Below the pieces are notes generated by a model. It was not told the origin of the DNA and did not search any database. It saw only the letters and a list, made by a program, of their open reading frames with translations. The position numbers were made by a program, and so were the translations under genes. Below are positions 9,090 to 19,711 of a DNA stretch of 64,000 nt, one piece after another (the first letter of the stretch is position 1; each line of letters opens with the position of its first letter). Source of the stretch: Gammaproteobacteria bacterium (GTDB lineage Bacteria; Pseudomonadota; Gammaproteobacteria; Acidiferrobacterales; UBA6901); contig JAPTTX010000008.1 of the NCBI GenBank assembly GCA_028068195.1, forward strand, positions 80,047 through 144,046. Direction: 5' to 3'.

Positions 9090-11651
9090 TCAGCGCCTGC
9101 GTACGCTGCGCGCCGTGGGCAGGGCCTTCCACGGATCATCCGGCCAGGGATGCTTGGGATAGCGGGCCTTGAGCTCTTTGCGCACTTCGGCGTAGGTTCG
9201 GTTCCAGAAGCCGCACAGATCCTGCGTCACCTGGATCGGACGTCGGGCCGGCGACAGCAGATGCAACGTGACCGGAACCCGGTCGCGCGCGACGCGTGGC
9301 GTGTCAGCGAGGCCAAAGAGCTCCTGCAGTTTCACCGCCAGCACTGGCGCCGCATCGGTCTGGTATTCGAGCGTGATGAGCGAACCGCTCGGAACCCGGA
9401 TACGGGCAGGCGCATCGCGCTCAAGCCGCCGCACCTGGTCCCAGTCGAGGCTGCCGGCCAGAATCCGGACCAGATCAAGCCGAGCGAACTGCTCGCGCCG
9501 GGTGATGCCATCGAGATGGGGCGCCAGCCATTCATCGAGCGTGGCGGCCAGAGCGTGGTCCGACACGTCCGGCCAGTCCTCTTCCGGAAACCAGCTGCGC
9601 ATGCACAGCACCCGGCTCTGCCACTGGCGTGCCTCTCCGCTCCACGGCAGTACCTGCAGCCCGAGCTGCCGTACACCCTCAAGGACTGCCGCACGCAGCT
9701 GCGCCGCAGGCGCGCCCGTAACCGGTGCGCTCGCGAGCAGCAGCGCTCCCATCCGCCGCTCGCGGCGGGCGATCACGGATTGCTGCTGGGCGTCCCAGCG
9801 CACGACATCCTCGCTGCACACGCGCCCGGGAAACAGTCGCTCCAGGGCATCCCCGTCGACGACCGCCGCGAGATGGATCAGGCCTTCCGAATTCGCCGCC
9901 GCTCCCGGTCTGCGCCCACCGCCGGCAGCCTCTGGCGGGGCGGGATCGGCATTCGCTACGGCCAGAAACGGCTGCCGCAGACCCGTTTCCAGCTCCGGCA
10001 GGCGCGCACCGCGACCGTTGACCAGCACGTACCGCGATCCGGCGCCCGCCCGCTGCATCGCGATACGATCCGGATAGGCCAGCGCCACCAACGCGCCGAT
10101 GTCGGTGGCCGCGCACACGTCATCGGGCGCGGTTGCCGCGATCAGACGGCGAAACTGGCGCGACGCCTGGTCTGCCCGCATGCACCGCTCCGGGTCAGCC
10201 CCGCGCGCCTGCGCCGCACGGCGCCCGCCGGCGCGGAATTCACGCAGGGCATCGATGCGCGCGCTGAGGTCGCAGGACTGGCGGGCCTCGCCCGCGAGCA
10301 CATCGCGCTCGGAGATGACGGCAGCCACATCGCATGCCAGCGCCGCCAGACGCGGTTCCCGTGCCGCCATGAGCATGTGCGAGAGTCTCGGGTGCAAGGG
10401 CAGCTGCGCCATTCTGCGGCCTATATCCGTGATCCGGCCACTCGCGTCGATGGCATCCAGCTGGCGCAGGAGATCGTTCGCCTGGGCAAGCGCCGCGGCG
10501 GGAGGCGGATCGAGCCAGGACAGGCTGGCGGCGTCGCCCACGCCCCAAGCTGCAAGTTCCAGCGCAAGCGGCGCCAAGTCGGCGCCGCGAATCTCCGCAA
10601 GCGCCTGGGGCATCAGACCGCGGTGGGTGTTCTCGCTCCACAGCCGCAGGCATATCCCGGGGGCCGTGCGTCCCGCCCGTCCGCTGCGCTGTTCGGCGGA
10701 AGCGCGGGAAATCCTCTGGGTTACCAGCCTGGTGAGACCGCTTTTCGGGTCGAACTGCGGAACCCGCGCATAGCCGGAGTCGACCACCACGCGTACTCCA
10801 TCGATGGTGAGGCTCGATTCCGCGATCGTAGTCGCAAGCACCACCTTGCGCCGGTTCCCGGGACCAGAAGAGAGGATGGCGCGCTCCTGCAGCGCCCATG
10901 GCAGGTCACCGTAGAGCGGAAGCACCTCTGCGGTATCCCGCGGCAACATGCCCTCGAGCAGTTCCCGGGCGCGATGAATCTCCCGGGCACCGGGCAGAAA
11001 CGCCAGCACATCGCCCGCGTGGGTGCACAAGGCGCCCGCCACGGTCTGGGCAACGGTCTCGACCGATAGCCCCGCCGGGTCGCGCTCGCAGTACTGCACG
11101 GACACCGGAAAGCTGCTCCCCGGACTGGAGATGACCGGCGCCTGCCCGAGGAGACGCGCGACCGCTGCCCCATCCAGGGTTGCAGACATCACCAGGACGC
11201 GCAGATCCTCACGCAGGCCGCGCTGGATATCGAGGGTCAGGGCGAGTGCCAGGTCACCGTGAAGATGGCGTTCATGGAACTCGTCAAAGACCACCATTCC
11301 CACTCCGTCGAGCATCGGGTCTGCCTGCAGACGGCGCGTCAGGATTCCCTCGGTCACCACTTCAATGCGGGTACGTGCCGACACCCGGTTCTCGAACCGG
11401 ATCCGGTAGCCGGCCGTTGCGCCTACCGGCTCCGCGAAATGCTGCGCCATGCGGGCGGCGGCCGCCCGGGCCGCAAGGCGCCGCGGCTCCAGAATCACGA
11501 TGGAGCGGCCGGCGAGCCAGGATTCGCCGAGCAGCGCTACCGGCACGCGCGTCGTCTTGCCGGCCCCCGGGGGCGCCTGCAACACTACGGAACGATGGGC
11601 TGCGAGCGCCGCACGCAGCTGCGGTATCGCTTCCTCGATCGGCAGGGTCAT
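9090..11651 (-). CDS. hrpB: ATP-dependent RNA helicase HrpB (DEAH-box)
   Basis: Walker A APPGAGKTT; DEFHERHL (DEAH variant); SATL; TIAESSLTI; QRSGRAGR. The 853-aa length and the long C-terminal HrpB-type domain fit the family. Confidence 0.9.
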   Translation of the reverse strand: MTLPIEEAIPQLRAALAAHRSVVLQAPPGAGKTTRVPVALLGESWLAGRSIVILEPRRLAARAAAARMAQHFAEPVGATAGYRIRFENRVSARTRIEVVTEGILTRRLQADPMLDGVGMVVFDEFHERHLHGDLALALTLDIQRGLREDLRVLVMSATLDGAAVARLLGQAPVISSPGSSFPVSVQYCERDPAGLSVETVAQTVAGALCTHAGDVLAFLPGAREIHRARELLEGMLPRDTAEVLPLYGDLPWALQERAILSSGPGNRRKVVLATTIAESSLTIDGVRVVVDSGYARVPQFDPKSGLTRLVTQRISRASAEQRSGRAGRTAPGICLRLWSENTHRGLMPQALAEIRGADLAPLALELAAWGVGDAASLSWLDPPPAAALAQANDLLRQLDAIDASGRITDIGRRMAQLPLHPRLSHMLMAAREPRLAALACDVAAVISERDVLAGEARQSCDLSARIDALREFRAGGRRAAQARGADPERCMRADQASRQFRRLIAATAPDDVCAATDIGALVALAYPDRIAMQRAGAGSRYVLVNGRGARLPELETGLRQPFLAVANADPAPPEAAGGGRRPGAAANSEGLIHLAAVVDGDALERLFPGRVCSEDVVRWDAQQQSVIARRERRMGALLLASAPVTGAPAAQLRAAVLEGVRQLGLQVLPWSGEARQWQSRVLCMRSWFPEEDWPDVSDHALAATLDEWLAPHLDGITRREQFARLDLVRILAGSLDWDQVRRLERDAPARIRVPSGSLITLEYQTDAAPVLAVKLQELFGLADTPRVARDRVPVTLHLLSPARRPIQVTQDLCGFWNRTYAEVRKELKARYPKHPWPDDPWKALPTARSVRRR

Positions 11652-11668
11652 GACGGTGCCGGCCTCGC

Positions 11669-12622
11669 CTAGACCACCCGGTTGCGCGGTTCGCCGCGGA
11701 AAAACGCCGCGATGTTCTCGACCACCTCGTCAGCCAGACGCTGCTGCGCCTGGCTGCTCGCCCAGGCAATATGCGGGGTTATCAGCAAATTGGGCAGATC
11801 CGCCGACAGCAGCGGATGATCGGCCGCCGGGGGCTCCTCGGACAGCACATCGAGACAGGCGCCGCCAAGGTTTCCGGCGCGCAGCGCGGCCAGCAGCGCG
11901 GCCTCATCAACGACACCGCCGCGGGCGGAATTGACGAGGATGGCGTTGCGCTTCATGCGCGAGAGTTCGCGGCTGCCGATGAGGTGGCGGGTCTGCGGGG
12001 TAAGGGGCAGATGCAGGCTGATCACATCGGAGTCCGACAGCACCTGGTCGAACGGCACCCGTTGCGGCCGTACCGTCTCCGCCCCGCGGTGCTCCGCCAG
12101 CAGCACGTTCATGCCGAATGCCTGGCCGAGCCGGGCGACGGCCAGCCCCAGCGCGCCGGCACCGATGATGCCAAGCGTAGCGCCCGCAAGGTCGTCGTTG
12201 GTATAGGCCAGCAGGCAGAAAGAATCCGAACGCGCCCAGTCTCCGGCCTGCACTGCCTGCCGGTAGCGCAGCAGATTGCGGCGCAAAGCGAGCAGCATGG
12301 CAAACACGTGTTCGGGAACGCTGTGCATGGCGTAACCCCGTACGTTGCACACTGCCACGCCGCAGCGCCGCGCGGCTTCAATGTCGACGTTATCGACGCC
12401 GGTCGCAGCGCATGCAATCAGACGCAGCTGCGGCAGCTGCTCGATCAGCGTGCCCGGCAGGCGCACCTTGTTCGTCACCACAACCTCGGCAGCGCGCGTG
12501 CGATCGAGAACGAGTTCCACGGGCGTGCACGCGTAGTCATGCCAAGGCCGCCCGGCCACAGCGGCCGGGCCAAAACGCACCGAGGCCGCGAAGGTATCGC
12601 GATCAAGAAAGACGATGCTCAT
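11669..12622 (-). CDS. D-isomer-specific 2-hydroxyacid dehydrogenase (glycerate/hydroxypyruvate reductase-like)
   Basis: NAD-binding GIIGAGALG; catalytic-region motifs ..NSARGGVVDE.. and ..TPHIAW... Start moved to MSIVFLDRD (ATG 12622); the ORF's 55-aa upstream extension is not protein-like. Confidence 0.8.
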   Translation of the reverse strand: MSIVFLDRDTFAASVRFGPAAVAGRPWHDYACTPVELVLDRTRAAEVVVTNKVRLPGTLIEQLPQLRLIACAATGVDNVDIEAARRCGVAVCNVRGYAMHSVPEHVFAMLLALRRNLLRYRQAVQAGDWARSDSFCLLAYTNDDLAGATLGIIGAGALGLAVARLGQAFGMNVLLAEHRGAETVRPQRVPFDQVLSDSDVISLHLPLTPQTRHLIGSRELSRMKRNAILVNSARGGVVDEAALLAALRAGNLGGACLDVLSEEPPAADHPLLSADLPNLLITPHIAWASSQAQQRLADEVVENIAAFFRGEPRNRVV

Positions 12623-12701
12623 CGGTCCGGCCGGTGGCGATCCCCGGCTCCGGTGGGCGGCATCGCGGCCGAATGGCACCACGGGTCGATCTGCCCCGGA
12701 A

Positions 12702-14060
12702 TCACTTGCCGGCCCCACCGCTGATCTTGCGGGCCACGGCCGCCGCGATGATAACGGGATCGTAGACGGGGGCGAACGGCGGCGCATAAGACAGATCGAG
12801 CGACTCTACCTCGTCCACCCGCATGCGTGCGTGCAGTGCGGTGGCGAACACATCGATGCGCTTCGCGACCGTGTCACCGCCGGCCATTTGCGCACCGAGC
12901 AGCCGGCCGCTGCCGCGCTCGACGAACAGCACCGTGGTAATCGGAACGGAGCCTGGATAGTGATGTCCGCGGCTGCTGTGACGCGAAACACAGGATAGCG
13001 CGTCCAGACCGTAGCGGCTGATCTCCGCGCCACCCACGCCGGCGCGTGCCACTTCGATATCGAACACCTTGAATCCGGCTGTCCCAACGATGCCCGCAAA
13101 CCGTTGTTGGGCGCCTGCGGCGTTGGCTCCGGCGACTTTGCCCTGCTTGTTGGCGGTCGTGCCGAGCGGTATGTAGACCGGCTGTCCCAGCACTTCGTGA
13201 AACGCTTCGGCGCAGTCGCCGGCCGCGAAAATATCGGGGATACTGGTCCGCTGCATGGCGTCAACGGCAATGGCGCCGGTCGCCCCGAGCTTAACGCCGG
13301 CCGCCCGGGCCAGATCGACCCTGGGCCGGACTCCGGCCGCAACGATAACCAGATCCGTTGCCGCTTCGCCATGATCGGTACGCACGTTGAGGCCCTGGTC
13401 GCGGGCTTCGATCGCATGCACGGTCACGCCGGTGTCGATGCGCAGGCCATGACGATGGAGTTCGCCGGCGACAATTTCGGCGATGACCGGCTCAAAACCC
13501 GGAATCACCTGACCTGTCCGCTCGAGGACCTGCACCGACAGTCCCCGCTGGGCCAGCACGTCAGCCATCTCCATGCCTATGAATCCGGCCCCTATGATCG
13601 TGGCGCGACGCGGCGCTGTCTCCTCGAGAAATCGCTTGATTGCCGCGCCGTCGGTCAGCTCCCGCAGCACAAACACCCCCGGGAGTTCCAGCCCGGAGAT
13701 CGGCGGACGCACTGCTTCCGCTCCGGTTGCGATCACCAGCCTGTCATAGGCCTGGACATAGTCCCGCCCGCCGGCATGATCGTGCACCGCGAGCTCCTTG
13801 CTGGCTGAATTGATCATGCGGACCTCGTGGCCGATGCGCACGTCGATTCCGCGGGCGTGCCGGAATTCGGCGGGGGTGATAACCACAAGATCCTCGATGT
13901 CCCGCTGCGGATCCTCGATATTGTAGGGCATGCCGCACGCCCCGTAAGAGACATACTGGCCGCGTTCGAGCGCGATGACTTCGGCCTCCGGCATGCGCCG
14001 CTTGGCCTGGCTCGCCGCGCTCATCCCCGCCGCAACTCCGCCGATCACTACGATCTGCAT
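12702..14060 (-). CDS. FAD-dependent pyridine nucleotide-disulfide oxidoreductase, CoA-disulfide reductase/NADH oxidase-like
   Basis: N-terminal FAD fold IVVIGGVAAGMSAA; single redox Cys in SYGACGMPY (CoADR/Nox/Npx signature position); second Rossmann motif IIGAGFIGMEMA; AAGDCA. Confidence 0.8.
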   Translation of the reverse strand: MQIVVIGGVAAGMSAASQAKRRMPEAEVIALERGQYVSYGACGMPYNIEDPQRDIEDLVVITPAEFRHARGIDVRIGHEVRMINSASKELAVHDHAGGRDYVQAYDRLVIATGAEAVRPPISGLELPGVFVLRELTDGAAIKRFLEETAPRRATIIGAGFIGMEMADVLAQRGLSVQVLERTGQVIPGFEPVIAEIVAGELHRHGLRIDTGVTVHAIEARDQGLNVRTDHGEAATDLVIVAAGVRPRVDLARAAGVKLGATGAIAVDAMQRTSIPDIFAAGDCAEAFHEVLGQPVYIPLGTTANKQGKVAGANAAGAQQRFAGIVGTAGFKVFDIEVARAGVGGAEISRYGLDALSCVSRHSSRGHHYPGSVPITTVLFVERGSGRLLGAQMAGGDTVAKRIDVFATALHARMRVDEVESLDLSYAPPFAPVYDPVIIAAAVARKISGGAGK

Positions 14061-14063
14061 GAC

Positions 14064-15185
14064 TTAGCAGCAACCGTCGCCGCTGCCATTGCCGGCATGA
14101 CCGGCGCCCTTGGTCTCCGAAGGCGGACGGCGGGTTCCCGCTGCGGCACACCATGGTTTTGGCTCGCGCGCCGGCACCGGCGTGATCCCGATGAAGCTGT
14201 CGCGGCACGGTCCTTCGGTCAGGAACCGGTAGCTGCGCTCGCACACGGCGATACGCTCACCCCGCGGGAAGACCCGCCCCTCATCGTCGCGCACCTCGGC
14301 AAACGGTCCGCGATAGATCACGGCCTGCCCACAGTCCAGATCCGGCCCGCCGCTGCCCTTCACGGCGGTGAGCGTCACCGCCCGAAACTCGATGCCGTCA
14401 ACCACCTGCCAGGGTCTTGGGTCCCATTTGTCGTAGCCCACGCCGAGAAAACCGGCTTCGGCAAAAGCACGCACGAACTCCAGTTCCTGGAACGCTCCGG
14501 AAATGCAGCCGCTCCACAGCGCGGGATCCGCCTTGAGATGGGCCGGTACCGGCTCGTCGCTGACGATGTCCGAAATGGCGGCACGCCCCCCGGGTCTGAG
14601 CACCCGGTAGATTTCGCGGATCAGCTGGCGCCGGTCGTACTCGTCCACGAGATTCAGGACGCAGTTCGAGATCACGACATCGACGCTGGCGTCGGCAACA
14701 AGCGGCCGGCACGCGCGCTGTTCATTGCGCCAGGCTTCGAACGCCGCCAGATCGGCGCCGCTCGCTACCGGGCGCACCGCGAGCCAGCGTTCCTGCGCTT
14801 CCAGATCCAGGGCCAGGTCCTGGATGCGGCCCTTGAGAAAACGCACCCGGTCGCCGCCGATCCGCGCGGCCATTTTCTCCTGGTATTTGCGCGCCAGCTC
14901 GAGCATGTCGTCGTTCATGTCGACACCGATGACGCGTCCGTGAGGACCGACGATCTGGGCAGCGATATAGCACAGCTTCCCGCCGCCGCTGCCGAGATCG
15001 AGGACCGTATCACCGGCACGCACGTAGCGGGAAGGATCACCGCAGCCGTAATCCTTTTCGATGATCTCCGCCGGAAGCGCTTCGAGCAGTCGGGTGTCGT
15101 AAGTCACCGGACAGCACAGCGATGGCTGCCGCACCGCGGCACCTTCGGAATAGCGCTCGAGAACCGCCTGTCGTTGCGAATCCAT
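14064..15185 (-). CDS. arsM: ArsM-like SAM-dependent methyltransferase (arsenite methyltransferase family)
   Basis: SAM motif VLDLGSGGGKLC. Cys pattern matches ArsM positions: LCCPV, DYGCGDP, VISNCVLNLV, WSGCISGA. Ends in a vicinal ..DGCC. Start at MDSQRQ (ATG 15185). Stop lies 3 nt from the start of the oxidoreductase gene. Confidence 0.6.
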   Translation of the reverse strand: MDSQRQAVLERYSEGAAVRQPSLCCPVTYDTRLLEALPAEIIEKDYGCGDPSRYVRAGDTVLDLGSGGGKLCYIAAQIVGPHGRVIGVDMNDDMLELARKYQEKMAARIGGDRVRFLKGRIQDLALDLEAQERWLAVRPVASGADLAAFEAWRNEQRACRPLVADASVDVVISNCVLNLVDEYDRRQLIREIYRVLRPGGRAAISDIVSDEPVPAHLKADPALWSGCISGAFQELEFVRAFAEAGFLGVGYDKWDPRPWQVVDGIEFRAVTLTAVKGSGGPDLDCGQAVIYRGPFAEVRDDEGRVFPRGERIAVCERSYRFLTEGPCRDSFIGITPVPAREPKPWCAAAGTRRPPSETKGAGHAGNGSGDGCC

Positions 15186-15416
15186 AGGCCAACCCCGGCG
15201 CGCCGCTGTGGCGCGCACGATTTACCGGCACCGCAGGCAGGACTCTTCCTGCCGCCTTGCCCGCCCCTCCGCCGGATGCCGGTTTAGCCCCGTGGAAAGC
15301 GGCGTCATCGGCCGGTACCCGCCGCCGATCAGACTCAGAAGGACCAGGCGCGTTTACCTTAACGCAAATGTCCAGGACATGCCACGCGCGCCGGCAGCAT
15401 GGCGCTGCCGACACGC

Positions 15417-16253
15417 TCAGCAGTCCCGGGGCACGGACTTCACCGCATTCAGTCCGTCGCAGACCGCCGTGCCATCGCTGCGCTGGCGGCCATCAAAGGC
15501 GTCCGGCCGCGGACCCGAATGACCACGCGCCGCATTCCTGCCGCGGATGACTGCGGTCCGCGCGCGGCCGTCCGCAAGAAGGTATCTCAGCGCATGGCAC
15601 GCACGTCTGATCGCGCGCACCACCTTTTCTGTCCGGGTGTGCCTGAGATAGGCGCGGTCGGCCGCCGATACTTCATCATAACGCTTGCGGTACTTGTGCT
15701 TGATCCAGGCATTGAAGTCGATCTGGACGGCAAGGTCATAGAGGAAATGATTGATCGGGGCGAAACCGTGCTTGCGGACGATGGACACTCCGAAATCGAC
15801 GATTCCCGGGCCGCCGGCAGGCAGCACCATCAGGTTGTTCTTGCGCTTGAGGTCGAAATGCGCGATTCCGCGTTGATGCAATTCGCTGATCAGGCAAAAC
15901 AGTTCGGCATAGTACTTCGGCCGGTCTTCGGCTTCGCCGTGCCGCAGCGACTGCCCCTCGAGGTATTCCAGAACCAGGTAGCGGCCGTCAATCAGGCCGT
16001 AACAGCAGGGACATCCCGGCAGCCCGGTCAGGCGCGAATAGGCCTTGAACTCATTGCGCAGCATGCGGCAACGTAACCAGCGCATCGGACCGCGACCGGA
16101 GGCAGCCTTGATTGCGAGGCGCCGGCCGTTGTCGTTGAACAGGTAGACGACCCCCTGATAGCCACTGGCCAGAACCGCGCTCGGGTCGCGGGCGCAAACC
16201 TTGACCCAGCGGACCAGCTCAGCATCGGTAACGCCCTGGACCGCAGTATTCAT
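15417..16253 (-). CDS. small protein-kinase-fold protein (LPS-kinase/RIO-like)
   Basis: Gly-rich loop SGYQGVVYLF; LAIKAA Lys; catalytic loop HFDLKRKNNLMV; IVDFGVS. Start moved to MNTAVQG (ATG 16253). Basic C-terminal tail. Confidence 0.6.
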   Translation of the reverse strand: MNTAVQGVTDAELVRWVKVCARDPSAVLASGYQGVVYLFNDNGRRLAIKAASGRGPMRWLRCRMLRNEFKAYSRLTGLPGCPCCYGLIDGRYLVLEYLEGQSLRHGEAEDRPKYYAELFCLISELHQRGIAHFDLKRKNNLMVLPAGGPGIVDFGVSIVRKHGFAPINHFLYDLAVQIDFNAWIKHKYRKRYDEVSAADRAYLRHTRTEKVVRAIRRACHALRYLLADGRARTAVIRGRNAARGHSGPRPDAFDGRQRSDGTAVCDGLNAVKSVPRDC

Positions 16254-16260
16254 GGCACGG

Positions 16261-16863
16261 TCAGGCCAGCTTGAGGTGCAGCAGATACAGGCAGCCGCAC
16301 AGAAACACCACAATGAGCGGTTCGCCGTTGACGCGCAGGCTTTGCCGCAGCGACCACGCGCCGCCCGTACCCGGCCGGTATCGGCCCAGCCTCGGCACGA
16401 GCGCCCGGGTGCGGGCACTCCATTCTTCCCAGGCACTGCCGAACAGCCGATGCAGCAGCGCATCCTCGTGGGCGATGGCCGGCGGAAAGAACGCCAGCGC
16501 CAGCGCCAGCCACAGCGGAAAACTCCACCACCGTCCCGACGCCAGGCAGAAACCCGCGACGATCACGTTATTGCCCACATACAGCGGATGTCTCACGAAG
16601 GCATAAGGGCCGGTCGTCGCCAGAACCCGGTCCTTGTTCACGTGACCGGAGGCCCACAGGCGTACCGCTTCGCCCGCGAACACCAGCGCCACGCCCGGCC
16701 AGAACAACGCGGGAGCACGCTGCGGCAGCCCGACCACGCTGAGCAGCATGACGTAGACGATGGTGATGAACTGGCGGTGCCGATGGCGCCGCCTGGCCAG
16801 ATCCGACCACAGCTGCTGCAGACCCAAACCGGATAGTGATGGCGCTCTCAGCCGCCGGAACAT
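16261..16863 (-). CDS. isoprenylcysteine carboxyl methyltransferase (ICMT)/phospholipid methyltransferase-family membrane protein
   Basis: Several hydrophobic helices plus the family signature TTGPYAFVRHPLYVGN....EDALL..FG..W..W. Stop is 7 nt upstream of the kinase-like gene start. Confidence 0.7.
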   Translation of the reverse strand: MFRRLRAPSLSGLGLQQLWSDLARRRHRHRQFITIVYVMLLSVVGLPQRAPALFWPGVALVFAGEAVRLWASGHVNKDRVLATTGPYAFVRHPLYVGNNVIVAGFCLASGRWWSFPLWLALALAFFPPAIAHEDALLHRLFGSAWEEWSARTRALVPRLGRYRPGTGGAWSLRQSLRVNGEPLIVVFLCGCLYLLHLKLA

Positions 16864-17067
16864 GTATCCGCCTTCCCTGACTGGCGCGCGGCACCGTTCA
16901 GGAGCCCAGAACGTAGACTGATGACTCAGGAACCCCGCTTCTGCTCCGGACTCGAGGCACCGTATGCTGTGCAGAAGACGGACCCTTCCAACACGGACTG
17001 CCCCTGCATGATAGAAGGATTGTCCTCCACTGACAAACTACTATCGCCCACCCGGGGCCAGCATGGC

Positions 17068-19674
17068 TCAGCCGGCGGCCGAACGCCGGCGTGCGCCTTC
17101 CTCCCGCCGGAATCCAAACCGGTCTCCCTGCACGTCGACCACGATGACGTCGCCGGACCCGAACTTGCCGGCAAGCAGTTCCTGCGCCAGCGGATTCTCG
17201 ATCGACTGCTGGATCGCCCGTTTCAGCGGTCGGGCGCCGTAGACTGGATCAAATCCAGCCTGCGCCAGGCGGTCGAGCGCCTGATCGGTCAGGCGCAGAT
17301 CCATGTCGCGTGCCTGCAGACGGGCACGCAGATACTGGACCTGTATCAGCGCAATGCGATGCAGCTGTTCGCGAGCCAGCGGGTGGAACACGACGATGTC
17401 GTCAATGCGGTTGACGAACTCGGGCCGGAAATGCTGGCTGACGATCTCCATCACCGCCGTCTTCATCCGATCGTAGTTGTCTTCTCCGGCCAGTTCCTGG
17501 ATGGCCTGAGACCCCAGATTGGAGGTCATCACGATCACCGTGTTGCGGAAATCCACGGTACGGCCCTGGCCGTCAGTAAGCCGCCCGTCATCGAGCACCT
17601 GCAACAGCACGTTGAACACCTCCGGGTGCGCCTTTTCGACCTCGTCCAGAAGCACCACGGAATAGGGCTTGCGCCGCACGGCTTCGGTCAGATAGCCGCC
17701 TTCCTCGTAGCCGACATAGCCGGGCGGGGCGCCGATGAGCCGCGCCACAGAATGCTTTTCCATGAACTCCGACATGTCGACGCGCACCATGCTTTCTTCG
17801 GTATCGAATAGGAAAGCAGCCAGCGCCTTGGTGAGTTCGGTCTTGCCCACACCCGTCGGTCCCAGAAACAGAAACGATCCGCTCGGCCGGTTGGGGTCGG
17901 AGAGCCCGGCCCGGGCACGGCGGATCGCATTTGCCACCGCCGTGATCGCCTCGGTCTGCCCGACGACGCGCCGGCCCAGATCCTCTTCCATGCGCAGCAG
18001 CTTGTCGCGCTCGCCTTCCATCATTTTCGCCACTGGAATGCCGGTCCAGCGCGATACCACCTCCGCCACCTCGTTCTCGGTGACTGCCGACCGCAGCAGC
18101 TTGTGCTCGCGGCCTTCGGCCGCGGACGCGGCTGCCAGCTGCTTTTCCAGTTCCGGGATGCGTCCATACTGAAGCTCCGACATCCTCGTCAGATCCCCGG
18201 CGCGGCGGGCGGTCTCGATCTCCACGCGCGCGCGGTCGAGCTCCTCCTTGATGTGCTGAGCTCCGCTGACCGCCGCTTTCTCCGCCTTCCACACTTCCTC
18301 CAGATCGGCGTACTCGCGCTCGAGCTTGTGCAGCTCGCTCTCGAGGGCCTCGAGGCGCTTCCTGGATGCCTCATCGGCCTCCTTCTTGAGTGCCTCGCGC
18401 TCGATCTTGAGCTGGATCATGCGCCGGTCTAGCCTGTCCATAGACTCGGGCTTGGAGTCGATTTCCATGCGTATGCGGGAGGCCGCCTCATCGACCAGGT
18501 CGATTGCCTTGTCGGGAAGCTGGCGGTCGGTAATGTACCGGTGCGAAAGCACCGCCGCCGCCACGATCGCCGGATCGGTGATATCCACTCCGTGATGAAC
18601 CTCGTATTTCTCTTTCAGCCCGCGCAGGATGGCGATGGTGTCCTCGACGCTGGGTTCGTCCACGAGCACTTTCTGGAAACGGCGCTCGAGCGCGGCGTCC
18701 TTCTCTATGTACTTGCGGTATTCATCGAGCGTGGTCGCGCCGATGCAATGCAGCTCGCCGCGCGCCAGGGCCGGCTTCAGCATGTTCCCGGCATCCATTG
18801 CGCCTTCCGCCTTGCCAGCGCCTACCATCGTGTGCAGCTCGTCGATGAACAGAATGATCCGGCCTTCCTGCTTGGCGAGATCGTTGAGCACGCCCTTGAG
18901 GCGCTCTTCGAACTCTCCCCGGAATTTGGCGCCGGCGATCAAGGCCCCCATGTCGAGAGACAGCAGCCGGCGGTTCTTGAGACCCTCGGGCACCTCGCCG
19001 TTCACGATCCGCAGCGCCAGACCCTCCACGATGGCGGTCTTGCCGACCCCTGGCTCGCCGATCAGGACCGGATTGTTCTTGGTACGACGCTGGAGAATCT
19101 GCACCACCCGGCGGATTTCCTCGTCCCGCCCGATCACCGGGTCAAGCCGGCCCTGCTCGGCCCGTTCCGTCAGGTCCACGGTGTAGCGCTCCAGCGCCTG
19201 GCGCTGGTCTTCGGCCCCCGCATCACGCACGCTCTGGCCGCCACGCAGCGCGTCGATCGCCTTCTCCAGACCCCCCCGGGAAGCACCGGCCTCCTTCAGC
19301 AGGCGCCCGAGCTCGCCCCGGTCCTCAAGAGCGGCCAGGACGAACAGTTCGCTGGAGATGTACTGGTCAGCGCGCTTCTGCGCCAGCTTGTCGGTGATGT
19401 TGAGAAGCTTCGTAAGGTCGTTCGACACATGCACTTCGCCCCCCGAACCCTCGACCGAGGGCAGCCGGTCTATCGCCTGGCTCAGCTGCGAGCGCAAAAC
19501 ATTGACGTTGACGTCCGCCTGCGTCAGCAGGTGGCGGCTCGTTCCACCTTCCTGGTCGAGCAACGCGGCCATCAGGTGCACTGGCTCGATGAACTGGTGG
19601 TCGCGACCCACCGCGAGGCTTTGGGCCTCGGCCAGGGCGGTCTGAAACTTCGTGGTCAGTTTGTCCATGCGCAT
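17068..19674 (-). CDS. clpB: ATP-dependent chaperone ClpB
   Basis: 868 aa. Clp N-domain; two AAA+ modules ([18 protein letters not shown]); long middle coiled-coil domain; near-canonical ClpB sequence throughout. Confidence 0.97.
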   Translation of the reverse strand: MRMDKLTTKFQTALAEAQSLAVGRDHQFIEPVHLMAALLDQEGGTSRHLLTQADVNVNVLRSQLSQAIDRLPSVEGSGGEVHVSNDLTKLLNITDKLAQKRADQYISSELFVLAALEDRGELGRLLKEAGASRGGLEKAIDALRGGQSVRDAGAEDQRQALERYTVDLTERAEQGRLDPVIGRDEEIRRVVQILQRRTKNNPVLIGEPGVGKTAIVEGLALRIVNGEVPEGLKNRRLLSLDMGALIAGAKFRGEFEERLKGVLNDLAKQEGRIILFIDELHTMVGAGKAEGAMDAGNMLKPALARGELHCIGATTLDEYRKYIEKDAALERRFQKVLVDEPSVEDTIAILRGLKEKYEVHHGVDITDPAIVAAAVLSHRYITDRQLPDKAIDLVDEAASRIRMEIDSKPESMDRLDRRMIQLKIEREALKKEADEASRKRLEALESELHKLEREYADLEEVWKAEKAAVSGAQHIKEELDRARVEIETARRAGDLTRMSELQYGRIPELEKQLAAASAAEGREHKLLRSAVTENEVAEVVSRWTGIPVAKMMEGERDKLLRMEEDLGRRVVGQTEAITAVANAIRRARAGLSDPNRPSGSFLFLGPTGVGKTELTKALAAFLFDTEESMVRVDMSEFMEKHSVARLIGAPPGYVGYEEGGYLTEAVRRKPYSVVLLDEVEKAHPEVFNVLLQVLDDGRLTDGQGRTVDFRNTVIVMTSNLGSQAIQELAGEDNYDRMKTAVMEIVSQHFRPEFVNRIDDIVVFHPLAREQLHRIALIQVQYLRARLQARDMDLRLTDQALDRLAQAGFDPVYGARPLKRAIQQSIENPLAQELLAGKFGSGDVIVVDVQGDRFGFRREEGARRRSAAG

Positions 19675-19711
19675 CGGAAATGTCTCTCGCCAGGTCGTGC
19701 GTTATGGGATG

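Noticed and set aside
9054-11069. 671-aa plus-strand ORF, plus several 150-270-aa ORFs over 9.2-11.7 kb
   Set aside because: They are antisense or out-of-frame shadows of hrpB in GC-rich DNA. Their composition is dominated by R/A/P/G and no family signatures appear.
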